Below are positions 1 through 9,150 of a stretch of DNA of 32,000 bases, piece after piece. The notes below the pieces were generated by a model that was not told where the DNA came from, searched no databases, and worked only from the letters and a program-made list of their open reading frames with translations. The DNA is from Candidatus Iainarchaeum sp. (lineage in GTDB: Archaea > Iainarchaeota > Iainarchaeia > Iainarchaeales > DTGL01), in assembly GCA_038736825.1 (NCBI GenBank), contig JAVYME010000003.1, forward strand, positions 1 through 32,000, in the 5' to 3' direction. The stretch's first letter is position 1; every line of letters begins with the position of its first letter. The translations under genes were made by a program, and so were the position numbers.

Positions 1-498
1 GTTTTTGCAATAATGCTTGTGCTGAAGGGCTTTTCTTTTGGTGAGATGTGGACATACAACAGGGCTTTCTTGTTTGTTGTTTCTGTTCCGGTCTTTTATC
101 TTTTGTGGTGGGATTCCAAAAAACTTGCTGAAAAGAGTAGTGACAAGGCAAAGGACTTGATTGCACCAGCTTATTTTGCCTGCGCCAGTCTTTTGATTCT
201 TGAATTCCTTTCTCTGGAAATCAATGCTTCAGCTCTAGATCAAACCCTTAGGGCAACATTGATTTCAGTATTGTGGGTTGTGCTTGCCATAGCATATGTT
301 TTGTATGGGTTTAGGGCAAGGCTGAAGGAAAGCCGGCTCACAGGGCTTGGCTTTTTTGCTCTTGCAATCCTGAAAGTGCTTTTCTTTGACTTGAGTCAGC
401 TTGAATTATTTTATCGCATAATTTCCTTCTTTGTTTTGGGAATCGTTCTATTAGCTGCGGCTTTTCTTTACAAAAAATACGAAAAGCAGTTTGCTTGA
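1..498 (+). CDS. Polytopic membrane protein, C-terminal part (DUF2339-like); 5' end lies outside the window
   Basis: The frame is open from nt 1, with no stop before the ATG at 13. The translation is a series of hydrophobic helices ending ...FFALAILKVLFFDLSQLELFYRIISFFVLGIVLLAAAFLYKKY. This resembles the repeated C-terminal module of DUF2339 membrane proteins. Family assignment is from memory only. Confidence 0.5.
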   Translation, partial: VFAIMLVLKGFSFGEMWTYNRAFLFVVSVPVFYLLWWDSKKLAEKSSDKAKDLIAPAYFACASLLILEFLSLEINASALDQTLRATLISVLWVVLAIAYVLYGFRARLKESRLTGLGFFALAILKVLFFDLSQLELFYRIISFFVLGIVLLAAAFLYKKYEKQFA

Positions 499-555
499 GA
501 GTGTGTCAAACCCAATGCAAAACCTTTAAATTGATTCGCTTGGTTTTTTTCTTAT

Positions 556-2496
556 ATGCCTGTTTCTATTCCAAAGGATTTCAAGTCCACTGCGGAGATT
601 CCTGTTCCTGAAAGAATTATAGACCAGGTTATTGGGCAGGACAAAAGCGTGGAATTGATAAGCAAGGCGGCAATCCAGAAAAGGAATGTGCTTTTGGTTG
701 GATTGCCTGGAATAGGCAAGTCCATGCTTGCACAGGCAATGGCTGAAATAATGCCAGTGCAAGAATTGCAGGATGTTCTTGTTTACCCAAACAATTCTGA
801 TCCCAATAATCCAAAAATAAGGGTGGTAAAGGCAGGCGAGGGCAAAAAAATAGTCAACGAGGCAGCAATTGAGGCAATGAAAGAGGAAAGCAATTCAAGG
901 CTGATTGGTTTTTTGTTGCCTTTAGGGTTTTTCATTATTTCTTTTGTTTTATGGCAGCTGGGCTGGATTCATCCTGACCCGGTTGCTGCTTCTGTTGTTT
1001 TTGCAGCAAGCCTTGTATTGGGTGGCTTTTTATTGATTGCTGCCGCGCTTGCAACACAGATAAGGAGCAGGGAATCCATTTCAACTCCAAAGCTTTTGAT
1101 TGACAATTCTGGCAAAAAAACCGCTCCTTTCATTGAGGCAACAGGTGCAAAGGCTGGCGCACTCCTTGGAGATGTAAAACATGACCCGCTTCAAAGCGGC
1201 GGCCTTGGCACTCCAGCCCACTTGCGTGTTGAGCCTGGAATGATTCATCGCACTAACCATGGCGTTTTGTTTCTTGACGAGATTTCCTCTTTGAGTCCAA
1301 AGTCACAACAAGAATTGCTTACTGCAATGCAGGAAAAAAAGTACGCTATAACTGGTCAAAGCGAGCTTTCTTCTGGTTCAATGGTGCGCACAGAGCCAGT
1401 GCCATGTGATTTTGTTTTGGTGGCTGCTGGCAATTTTGAGGATCTTGCCAGAGTGCATCCAGCGCTTCGTTCAAGGATTAGGGGTTATGGTTATGAAATT
1501 TACATGAACCTTGACATGGAGGATAATGAAGAGAATAGGGCAAAGCTTGTGCAGTTTGTGGCGCAAGAGGTTAAAAAGGATGGAAAAATTCCCCATTTTT
1601 CTAGGGAGGCTGTTGAAGAAATAATCCTTGAGGCAAGAAAAAGAGCCCAGAGAAAAAACCGTCTCACTTTAAAGTTGAGGGATTTGGGTGGGCTTGTGAG
1701 GGCTGCCGGCGATATTGCAAAAAAGAAGGGCGAAGAGTTGGTTTTAAGGCAGGATGTTATTGAAGCAAAAATGTCTGCTTTGACTTTAGAGCAACAAATA
1801 ATGGAGAAAATAATAGAGCACAGGAAAGACTACGAGGTTTATGTGTCCAAGGGTACAGCAATAGGCAGGGTTAATGGCCTTGCAGTGAGCGGTGATGGTT
1901 CTGCTGGAATGGTTCTTCCAATAGAGGCAGAAATTGCTCCAGCTGCATCAAAATCTGAGGGCAAAATAATTGCAACAGGCAAGCTTGGGGAAATCGCAAA
2001 AGAGGCAGTGCAAAACGTTTCAGCGCTAGTGAAAAAAATCAGTGGCAAGGATATAAGCAAGCATGACTTGCACATCCAGTTTTTGCAAACCTATGAGGGC
2101 GTGGAAGGGGATTCTGCGTCGGTTAGCGTTGCAACAGCGGTTATTTCTGCGCTTGAACGGATTCCAGTAAAGCAATCACTGGCAATGACAGGCTCTCTTT
2201 CAGTGCGAGGCGAAGTGCTTCCAGTAGGAGGCATTACTGCAAAAATAGAGGCTGCAATAAAGGCTGGCTTTTCAGAAGTAATAATTCCAAAAGCTAATTT
2301 GCAGGACATAGTTTTAAACAGCAAAGAGCTTCAAAAAATCAAGGTAATTCCTGTTTCCTCGCTTGAACAGGTTTTAGAGAATGCTTTTGAGCGCGGAAAA
2401 GGCAAAGACAAAATACTCAAGTCCCTTAAAAAAATTTTGTCAATTTCTTTTGCAGGGCGTTTTGGAGTTGCAGGCGGGCAAGCTGTCGGAAAATGA
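556..2496 (+). CDS. lonB: Archaeal membrane-bound ATP-dependent Lon protease (LonB type)
   Basis: Walker A is GLPGIGKS and Walker B is VLFLDE. Two transmembrane helices ([18 protein letters not shown]..., [20 protein letters not shown]) are inserted in the AAA+ domain, as is typical of archaeal LonB. The C-terminal protease domain carries the catalytic Ser motif GDSASV and a downstream Lys ([12 protein letters not shown]). A TATA-like cctttaaatt lies about 25 nt upstream of the ATG, suggesting a leaderless mRNA. Confidence 0.93.
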   Translation: MPVSIPKDFKSTAEIPVPERIIDQVIGQDKSVELISKAAIQKRNVLLVGLPGIGKSMLAQAMAEIMPVQELQDVLVYPNNSDPNNPKIRVVKAGEGKKIVNEAAIEAMKEESNSRLIGFLLPLGFFIISFVLWQLGWIHPDPVAASVVFAASLVLGGFLLIAAALATQIRSRESISTPKLLIDNSGKKTAPFIEATGAKAGALLGDVKHDPLQSGGLGTPAHLRVEPGMIHRTNHGVLFLDEISSLSPKSQQELLTAMQEKKYAITGQSELSSGSMVRTEPVPCDFVLVAAGNFEDLARVHPALRSRIRGYGYEIYMNLDMEDNEENRAKLVQFVAQEVKKDGKIPHFSREAVEEIILEARKRAQRKNRLTLKLRDLGGLVRAAGDIAKKKGEELVLRQDVIEAKMSALTLEQQIMEKIIEHRKDYEVYVSKGTAIGRVNGLAVSGDGSAGMVLPIEAEIAPAASKSEGKIIATGKLGEIAKEAVQNVSALVKKISGKDISKHDLHIQFLQTYEGVEGDSASVSVATAVISALERIPVKQSLAMTGSLSVRGEVLPVGGITAKIEAAIKAGFSEVIIPKANLQDIVLNSKELQKIKVIPVSSLEQVLENAFERGKGKDKILKSLKKILSISFAGRFGVAGGQAVGK

Positions 2497-2586
2497 TTTT
2501 TTGAATTTCACTCTTCAATTTTTTTTAAGAGTTTTGTTTTCATATAACAATCCTGTTTTATTTTTTTCTTGGTTTTTTTCTTTTTA

Positions 2587-3327
2587 ATGGTTCAAAAATT
2601 TCAAGAACTAATGCTTTTGGTTCACCCTAACTGGCTTTTTTATGGTCCAAGGCATGGGCGTGGAATTTGGGAAAAACTGTTTATAGAAAAACTTTACAGT
2701 CAAGGCAAACCGCAATTGTTGCCGCCAGAGATTTTAAGCCAAAAATTTTCTTATGAGCCTGACAGCATGGACTGGAAGCGTTTTAGGAGGGAAATGTTCC
2801 ATCGTTATGGGAGTGCAATTTTGGAGGCTGAAAGAAATCCAAGGATTTTTGTTGCTGTTTTTCCTGTTCCAATGAAGATGTCAGAATACAAGGCAGTGGC
2901 TGGCAATGACAGGGTTGCAATGAAAAAAGCAGTTCACTCTGATTTTTTAAGACTGCTTTCTTTTGCAAGAAAAAGGCTTGGCAAAAGGCTTGTTGTGGTA
3001 AACACGCCAGTAATTGAATTTGAGAAAACAGCCAAAAGGCTTAAGCGAGTGATTGAAAGAAAGGGGATTGTTTTCGAGGAAGGCTTTCTTGTCAAAGGGT
3101 TTGGGGAAATAAGCGACATGAAGGGGGAAAGGCCTGGCAAGGAATGTGTTAGAATGCTTTTAGGTGAAATTGGAAAGGTTTTTCCGGGTTCAAGGCTTGT
3201 TGTTGATGAAAGGTATTGCGGGGATGTGCTTGTTGGAGTCAAAGCGCGCAGGATTCGCAGGCACACAAAAGAAAACTATTTAAAGGCTGCCAGGAAAAAG
3301 GCGTTAGCGCTTAAAAGAAAAAAATAG
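2587..3327 (+). CDS. Hypothetical basic protein (orphan), 246 aa
   Basis: The ORF track starts at TTG 2569, but the first ATG (2587) follows a TATA-like ttcatataac about 40 nt upstream. The first six codons of the longer form are T-rich filler. I recognise no motifs. The C-terminus is a Lys/Arg tail (RRIRRHTKENYLKAARKKALALKRKK). Confidence 0.6.
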   Translation: MVQKFQELMLLVHPNWLFYGPRHGRGIWEKLFIEKLYSQGKPQLLPPEILSQKFSYEPDSMDWKRFRREMFHRYGSAILEAERNPRIFVAVFPVPMKMSEYKAVAGNDRVAMKKAVHSDFLRLLSFARKRLGKRLVVVNTPVIEFEKTAKRLKRVIERKGIVFEEGFLVKGFGEISDMKGERPGKECVRMLLGEIGKVFPGSRLVVDERYCGDVLVGVKARRIRRHTKENYLKAARKKALALKRKK

Positions 3328-3397
3328 TAACGAGGCTATTGCGTAACCTCTTGTTTTTTTGATTGCTTTTTTTGTAAAGCACACTAACTTGCATTTT

Positions 3398-4639
3398 TCA
3401 GGATGAAAGCAAAACCTTTCCGCGTTTTAGCAAAAACTCTCCTTTTTTTGCGGTTTTTGCTTCAGTGTCGTTTTCGCCCTTAGTGTACTGGATGGTGTTG
3501 GCGCGCTTGTCTATTTTTTTGACAGTTCCAAGCCAGATGCCGTTTTTTGTGTAAACCGGCAATCCTATGAGGAGTTCTGAGGCTTTTGTCCTGAAATCTA
3601 TTATTTCAAGGCTTTTGAATGAGACAAATATTATTGAAAGGGAGATTGCTATTGCCAGCCAGAAAAAGTCCACTGTTGCATTTCCAAGCAATACTAGGGT
3701 GCCTGCATCTAAAATGAACCAAAAAATAATGACGGATATTGCGTAAAGCAGGTATTTTCTTATTTTTAGTGCAAGCCTGAAATGTAGTGCGTCTGCAATT
3801 TTGCCTATAATCATGCAAATTGCTGAAAGTGTTACAAAGAAATAGATTCCTTGCACTGCGCTAAGATATGTTTCCATTGGGGCAATTCCGCTTGGCATGT
3901 TTGATGCTAGCGTTATTGCTGCAAAAATAAGCAAAAAAATGCTTGCAATATAGGGAATAAAGCTTGTTCTTTGAAGTGAAATGGATGGCACTGAGTTTCT
4001 GTAAAATTCTTGCACTATTGCTTCTATGCCAAAGCCTTTGAGCAAAAAGTAAGCGCCCAAAATGAAGGCTATGCCTTGAAGAAAAAAGGCCTCCATGTTA
4101 AAGTAAAGGGTTAGCGCATAGAAAACCAGTATTATGCCGGGAACTCCAAAAAAAATCCTTGCAAGGTATGGGTCTTTGAGTGCCTCTTTTATAGTGTAAT
4201 AAACTGATTCCACTTGTTGCGCTTGCTTTACAATCACCATTTCCTTTGAAAGAATTTTTTTTCTTGACTGGAGCAAGGGCAATACTTGGTCGTCTTCGCC
4301 GCCGTCTGTCACTAGTATGAATGCTTCTGGCTTGATTTTTTCTTCAAGCAAGTCCAGCTGTTCGTTGAGTTCCTTGTCAGAACGGAATCCTCCCTTGTCA
4401 TAACCAGTAATGGTTGCAATTTCAATTACTTCAAATTCCTTTTTTAATTCATCATATTTTTTTATTGCCGCAAAAATGCTGTTTGCATCTGCTTCTTCTG
4501 GGTCTGCAAGGATTAGCTTTGTTGCCGCCTTAAGGTTTTCCTCTCTGCCTATGACTGGGCCGCTGATTCCGGTTTTTTTGCCCAAGTCATTGTCTCTGTC
4601 AACGCAAAGAATTAAAATGCGGCCTTTTTTGGAGCCCAA
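3398..4639 (-). CDS. DUF373-family archaeal membrane protein with an extra C-terminal soluble tail
   Basis: The N-terminal cytoplasmic domain (RILILCVDRDNDLGKKTGISGPVIGREENLKAA...ADPEEADANSIFAAI...VTDGGEDDQVLP) matches my memory of DUF373. Six to seven TM helices follow. After them comes about 60 aa (LIGLPVYTKNGIWLGTVKKIDKRANTIQY...) resembling a PRC-barrel-like beta segment. Confidence 0.7.
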   Translation of the reverse strand: MGSKKGRILILCVDRDNDLGKKTGISGPVIGREENLKAATKLILADPEEADANSIFAAIKKYDELKKEFEVIEIATITGYDKGGFRSDKELNEQLDLLEEKIKPEAFILVTDGGEDDQVLPLLQSRKKILSKEMVIVKQAQQVESVYYTIKEALKDPYLARIFFGVPGIILVFYALTLYFNMEAFFLQGIAFILGAYFLLKGFGIEAIVQEFYRNSVPSISLQRTSFIPYIASIFLLIFAAITLASNMPSGIAPMETYLSAVQGIYFFVTLSAICMIIGKIADALHFRLALKIRKYLLYAISVIIFWFILDAGTLVLLGNATVDFFWLAIAISLSIIFVSFKSLEIIDFRTKASELLIGLPVYTKNGIWLGTVKKIDKRANTIQYTKGENDTEAKTAKKGEFLLKRGKVLLSS

Positions 4640-4749
4640 AAAAACACCTCGGATTTTTAACTTTTTAATTAATTTTAGTTAATTATTTAAATATTCGGCT
4701 GTATGCTAATTATATGTAACCATCCTGTTTTAATTTTTTGGGGATTGAA

Positions 4750-5724
4750 ATGGCGCCAGTTGCAATGAAAAACATGGCATTTTTTGCAGTTTTGCTAGTC
4801 TTGCTTGCAGTAGCTTTTCTTATAGTAGCATCACTGGACAAAATTTTTGGGTTTTTTTTTGCAAACATTTTTTGGATTTTGCTTTTGGCTTTCTTTCTTG
4901 TCTTCATATGGAAAGCCAAACTCTTAAAGGTAAAAGGCTATGAGCGCGCACTGATTTTCAGGTTTTCAAAATTCAAGCGAGTGGCCCAGCCAGGCTGGAC
5001 TTTGCTTTTGCCCTTCATAGACACTGCAGTGATTGTCGACTTGAGGGTTAAAACCCTTGATGTGGCAATGCAGGACGCAGTCACAAAGGACTCCATTGAA
5101 ATAAAAGTGGATTCAGTGATTTACCTTAAAGTGAAAAAAGACAACCAATCAGTCATCAATTCTGTTCTTGAAGTTGAAGACTACCAGACAGCAGCAAAAC
5201 TTTTCGTGATTTCCACAATCCGTGACGTTATCGGGGGAATGCTTTTAAGCGAAGTGATTTCAAGAATAGACGAAATAAACAAAAAAGTGCATTCCGCTCT
5301 TTCAGACATCGCCCACACTTGGGGCGTTGAAGCAATTGCAGTCCAAATAAAAGACATTCAAATTCCACCCACAGTGCTCAGCGCCATGCACGCTCAAAAG
5401 GCAGCAGTTCAAGAAAAGCTTGCCAGAATTGAAAAAGCACAAGCCCAAAGAGCAGAAATTGACGCAGTAAAAGAAGCAACACAAAGCCTGTCAGACAAAA
5501 CACTCAACTACTATTACATTAAAGCATTAGAGGAAATGGCGAGAGGACGCAGCACAAAAGTCTTCTTTCCAGTTCAATTCTCCAACCTCGCACAATCAAT
5601 AGGCAACAGCCTTGACAAAAGCAGTTGTGTGCAAACAACCGGTTTGCTGGAAAGCCTGCCCGGCAAAAGCCTTTGGGAAAGCAAAAGCGAAAAAAAAACT
5701 GGCTGGAAAAAAAGCGAAAAATAA
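4750..5724 (+). CDS. SPFH/band-7 (stomatin/prohibitin-like) membrane protein
   Basis: An N-terminal TM anchor is followed by a typical SPFH core (ERALIFRFSKFKRVAQPGWTLLLPFIDTAVIVDLRVKTLDV...KDSIEIKVDSVIYLKV...). An Ala/Gln-rich coiled coil and a Lys-rich tail follow. I chose ATG 4750, preceded by ggggat, rather than TTG 4738. No NfeD partner gene is adjacent. Confidence 0.85.
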   Translation: MAPVAMKNMAFFAVLLVLLAVAFLIVASLDKIFGFFFANIFWILLLAFFLVFIWKAKLLKVKGYERALIFRFSKFKRVAQPGWTLLLPFIDTAVIVDLRVKTLDVAMQDAVTKDSIEIKVDSVIYLKVKKDNQSVINSVLEVEDYQTAAKLFVISTIRDVIGGMLLSEVISRIDEINKKVHSALSDIAHTWGVEAIAVQIKDIQIPPTVLSAMHAQKAAVQEKLARIEKAQAQRAEIDAVKEATQSLSDKTLNYYYIKALEEMARGRSTKVFFPVQFSNLAQSIGNSLDKSSCVQTTGLLESLPGKSLWESKSEKKTGWKKSEK

Positions 5725-5739
5725 GCACGCAATTTTTTT

Positions 5740-6696
5740 TTAAATTTGTCTTGCCAGCAACACTGCAACGAAAAGCACATATCCAACTGAAAGAATTAAT
5801 GCCAGGTTTTCTTCACCAACAAGAGCAGCTGCCTCTATTGCTGCACCAACAAGCAAAGAAAAAAGCGCTATTAAAAGCAACAAAAAAGAATCCCTAGCAA
5901 TCATTTGGAATTCATGTGGATAATACTTTTTTTTAGCAAGAGCAACCGAAATAAGCCCGCCTGAAACCGCTCCCAAAAAATAGCCCCCGAATTCTGGAAT
6001 ACCGTGAGGCAAAAGACTGAAAAACATCAAGTGGTTTTCTGCAACAGCATTTTGGCCTACAAGAACTCCAACAATTGAAGCATTCCAGATAATCAAAAAA
6101 AGCGCTCCCGCTCCAAACAATACTGACAACAGAACAGCGAGCATCATAAGGGAAGCATTGTTTGAAAAAATCAAGGAAAACCAGCACCAAAAATCGCTTC
6201 CGCAAGCTCCACCGCCTTGCTGGGTTGCCTTTCCAGTATTAACCGCGCTATTGTCGGGTGCAAGCATTGCTATTCTGCTCAAAGCAGCGCCTTGCTCTTT
6301 GAACACCACATTCCTTGTTGGAATGGAAATACAGCGTTCTCCGTCAAGGCAAACACTTGAAGGCTGTTCTGGGAAAAGCATGTACCAGATTGCATAGCTT
6401 GCAATTACGCCAAGAGAAAACCAAGCATAAATTTTTATCAAGTCTATGTTTCTGCCGGCAAAATTTTTGTGGCGGGAATGCGCTCTAGCAGCTTGCTCTT
6501 CCTCAATAAGGAACACGCGGTGAACTAATGGAATGGCGGCCATGGTTATAAAAGAAATTGCAAGAATGCTTGCTGAGCCTGGAAACGAAACAAAAGCAAT
6601 CCACATGGAAACACTGCTGAAAACAAACCCCAAGAAAAAAGCACAAAGAGGGTGTTTTACAACGGATTCCTCTTCCAAAAGCGATTCCAAAACCAT
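5740..6696 (-). CDS. SpoIIM-like (DUF95) integral membrane protein with a large Cys-containing loop
   Basis: It has multiple TM helices and the family-typical LPHGIPEFGGYFLGAVSGG motif near the C-terminus. An insertion of about 70 aa (CLDGERCISIP...GGGACGSDFWCW) lies between helices. Confidence 0.65.
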   Translation of the reverse strand: MVLESLLEEESVVKHPLCAFFLGFVFSSVSMWIAFVSFPGSASILAISFITMAAIPLVHRVFLIEEEQAARAHSRHKNFAGRNIDLIKIYAWFSLGVIASYAIWYMLFPEQPSSVCLDGERCISIPTRNVVFKEQGAALSRIAMLAPDNSAVNTGKATQQGGGACGSDFWCWFSLIFSNNASLMMLAVLLSVLFGAGALFLIIWNASIVGVLVGQNAVAENHLMFFSLLPHGIPEFGGYFLGAVSGGLISVALAKKKYYPHEFQMIARDSFLLLLIALFSLLVGAAIEAAALVGEENLALILSVGYVLFVAVLLARQI

Positions 6697-6782
6697 TCAA
6701 AAAGCACCTGCAATGCTTTAAATATCTTTTTAATAAATAATCCATATAAAAAGACAATAGGTGCTTTTTTTTACTTTTTTTA

Positions 6783-7349
6783 GTGATTGGTTTGACTAAA
6801 AAATTGGTTTTGCCAGGCGAAGAACTCGGAACATCCGAAGAATTTGAAGCTGGAGAGAACACTTTCCAAGAAGACGGCTTGGTTTGCGCTGACTGTATTG
6901 GAGAAGCAGAATTTGACCAAAAAAACTATCAAGTGAAAGTCAAAAAAGCCAAGCCTTTAAAGGCGTTCACTCCAGGCACAAGAGTTTACGGAATTGTGTC
7001 AGCAGTAAGAAAAAACTATGCACTCATAACCATGCGCGAAGCCTATGCTGGAAAAGAAAAACGAGTGCTCACTAGAGGCAATGCAACCCTCATGGTTTCA
7101 ATGATAGCCAATTCATACATTAAAGACATAAGGGATGCTTTCAGGGTTGGAGATATAATAGTCGCAGAAGTTGAATCAATCAAGCCATACGGTGTAAACC
7201 TGCGAACCAACAAGCCAGATTTGGGGGTTGTAAGAGCATACTGTTCCAAGTGCAGAAAACCATTGCATTTGACACAAGGCAAGCTAATGTGCACTGGGTG
7301 CGGCAGTCTTGAAAAAAGGAAAACCGCCAGCGAGTATATACTGAAATAA
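6783..7349 (+). CDS. csl4: Exosome complex RNA-binding subunit Csl4
   Basis: It has an N-terminal LVLPGEELG motif, a central S1-like barrel (TRVYGIVSAVRKNYALITM...GDIIVAEVESIKPYGVNL) and a C-terminal zinc ribbon (CSKCRKPL...CTGCG). The start is GTG, because no in-frame ATG lies near the 5' end. Confidence 0.85.
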   Translation: MIGLTKKLVLPGEELGTSEEFEAGENTFQEDGLVCADCIGEAEFDQKNYQVKVKKAKPLKAFTPGTRVYGIVSAVRKNYALITMREAYAGKEKRVLTRGNATLMVSMIANSYIKDIRDAFRVGDIIVAEVESIKPYGVNLRTNKPDLGVVRAYCSKCRKPLHLTQGKLMCTGCGSLEKRKTASEYILK

Positions 7350-7363
7350 AAAAAGGTGAAACA

Positions 7364-7639
7364 ATGGAATTGGAAATATTGCAAAATGAAAAGGAAACAC
7401 TTGAATTCAAGCTCAAAGGGGAAAGGCACACATTTCCCTTGCTGTTAAAATACTATTTGTTAAAGGATCCAGAGGTTGAATTTGCTTCCTACAAATTAAA
7501 CCATCCGCACGACAAAGACTCGCTTTTCCTGCTTAAAACCAAAGGCAAAAACCCAAAAAAAGCACTCCTTGAAGCAAACAAAAGGATAGCAGAAGAGGCA
7601 GCAGAATTCACAAAATGCTTGAAGGCTCTTGGCAAGTGA
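7364..7639 (+). CDS. rpoL: DNA-directed RNA polymerase subunit L (Rpo11)
   Basis: The 91-aa protein reads LEFKLKGERHTFPLLLKYYLLKDPEVEFASYKLNHPHDKDSLFLLKTKG, the Rpb11/RpoL signature. A Shine-Dalgarno aggtga lies 6 nt upstream of the ATG. Confidence 0.85.
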   Translation: MELEILQNEKETLEFKLKGERHTFPLLLKYYLLKDPEVEFASYKLNHPHDKDSLFLLKTKGKNPKKALLEANKRIAEEAAEFTKCLKALGK

Positions 7640-7648
7640 GGTGGGGCT

Positions 7649-8221
7649 TTGCCAAAGCCAAACAAGCAGTTCACAAGGGCAATAGGCATAGACGACGGCC
7701 ATTTTACGCCAAAAAGAAAGGGAAAAACCAAGCTTGTTTTTGTGCTCCTTCGCTCTGACAACCGCATTGAAGGAATTCTTTCAGCAGACATTACTGTTGA
7801 TGGAAGTGATTCCACAAAAACCATAATTGAAACCCTTTCAAATTCTTGCTTTTTGGAGCAAGCGCGCTGCATTTTTTTGGAGGGAATAAATTTTGCCGGT
7901 TTCAATATTGCAGACGCACAAGCAATAAGCAAAAAAACAGGTTTGCCAGTAATAATTGTTTTCAGGAAAAAACCAGACATTGAGGGAATCAAAAAAGCAT
8001 TAAAAAAATTCAGTGATTCAATGGAAAAAACCGCGCTTTTGGAAAAGGCTGGCGAAATATTTTGCACTCAAAAAATTTTCTTTCAATGCCATGGAATTAG
8101 AGCAGAACAGGCAATGGAAATGATAAAAAAATTCACGCTGCATTCCAATTTTCCTGAACCAGTGCGAATAGCGCACCTTGTGGCAAGCAGTGTTACACTG
8201 GGGCGGAGCACTTCTCCTTAA
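7649..8221 (+). CDS. DUF99 (UPF0215, endonuclease V-like fold) protein
   Basis: The N-terminal IGIDDGHF motif, the length and the position after Csl4/RpoL fit the DUF99 family. The start is TTG, preceded by gaggtgggg. Confidence 0.75.
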   Translation: MPKPNKQFTRAIGIDDGHFTPKRKGKTKLVFVLLRSDNRIEGILSADITVDGSDSTKTIIETLSNSCFLEQARCIFLEGINFAGFNIADAQAISKKTGLPVIIVFRKKPDIEGIKKALKKFSDSMEKTALLEKAGEIFCTQKIFFQCHGIRAEQAMEMIKKFTLHSNFPEPVRIAHLVASSVTLGRSTSP

Positions 8222-8240
8222 AATTAAAAAAAGTGGAAAC

Positions 8241-9116
8241 ATGAAGGAAAAGAAAAGATTAAGGCTTGAAAGAGAGGCGCGAGAAAAGGCCAAGGCAGAG
8301 AAAAGGGAAAGGTTTTTAAAATTCAAGGAAAAATTCTCTTTTTTGCGCTGGCTTGATCCCTTCACTTATGCGGATCTTTTTTTGGAAAAAACCGGCAAAA
8401 AAGAAAACCAGGCAATAAGCTGGATTGTTTACCTTGTAACTGCCTTCCTTTCAGCCTACCTTCTCTATTTTGTAATCCTTGCCTATCTTTTTCATTCGCC
8501 TTCACCAATGGTGATAGTGGTAAGCGGTTCAATGGAACCAGCTTTTTATCGCGGCGATGTAATGGTTTTATGGGGCTGGAATTTGGAAGAATTGAATGCT
8601 CCACTAGTGGAAATGCCTGACAGAGAAATTAGGGGCGCAGACATTTCAGAATATGCTTTCACTTTGTGCTCTGTCAAGGGGGTTGAAAGCATTTCAGGGC
8701 TAAAAGAATGCCGCCAAATAAAAAAAGCCATCCAGTTAGGCATTCTTAAAGCGCCAAATGAAAAAATTCTTGCAGAAAAAATTGTTTTTTTTGACTTAAA
8801 CAGGGAAATTGAAATTGCAAAAACAGGCGATGTAGTGGTTTATTTTTCTGAATCTCGCGGCATTCCAGTAATCCATAGAGCAATAGCAAAAATCAAGGCA
8901 AAAGACGGCTGGTTTGTTTTAACAAAAGGCGATTCTGTTTTAAATTCCTTTATTGACCAGGATACTGAAATTTCCCATGGTGCTGTTCCATTTGAAAAAT
9001 TGCAAGGCAAAACCGTCTTTATGATTCCATGGATTGGCTATGTAAAACTAATTTTGTTGGATGACTTGCCTTGCTTTTTGTTCAGCCAAAACAAGGCTTT
9101 ATGCCAGTTCCCGTAA
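8241..9116 (+). CDS. Archaeal/eukaryotic-type signal peptidase I (Sec11/S26B) with a charged N-terminal extension and an internal insertion
   Basis: The catalytic Ser box is VVSGSMEPAFYRGDVMVL and the His box is GDVVVYFSESRGIPVIHRAI. One TM helix precedes the Ser box. I chose ATG 8241, since the longer ORF from 8178 overlaps the DUF99 gene. Confidence 0.8.
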   Translation: MKEKKRLRLEREAREKAKAEKRERFLKFKEKFSFLRWLDPFTYADLFLEKTGKKENQAISWIVYLVTAFLSAYLLYFVILAYLFHSPSPMVIVVSGSMEPAFYRGDVMVLWGWNLEELNAPLVEMPDREIRGADISEYAFTLCSVKGVESISGLKECRQIKKAIQLGILKAPNEKILAEKIVFFDLNREIEIAKTGDVVVYFSESRGIPVIHRAIAKIKAKDGWFVLTKGDSVLNSFIDQDTEISHGAVPFEKLQGKTVFMIPWIGYVKLILLDDLPCFLFSQNKALCQFP

Positions 9117-9150
9117 TTCCTTTAAGGTGTTTGCCTGAAAAAATTAATGC

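Noticed and set aside
5625-5897. A 90-aa Lys-rich ORF on the plus strand spanning the junction of the convergent SPFH and SpoIIM-like genes.
   Set aside because: It overlaps the 3' ends of two well-supported genes in alternative frames. Its sequence is low-complexity (KKKRKK...) and derives from A-rich tracts.
6699-6769. An 11-bp inverted repeat (aaaaagcacct / aggtgcttttt) brackets the divergent promoter region between the SpoIIM-like gene and csl4.
   Set aside because: Five of the 11 positions are an A-run or T-run, which is ubiquitous in this AT-rich intergenic DNA. The informative core is only 6 bp, so chance occurrence is likely. I could see no second copy elsewhere.
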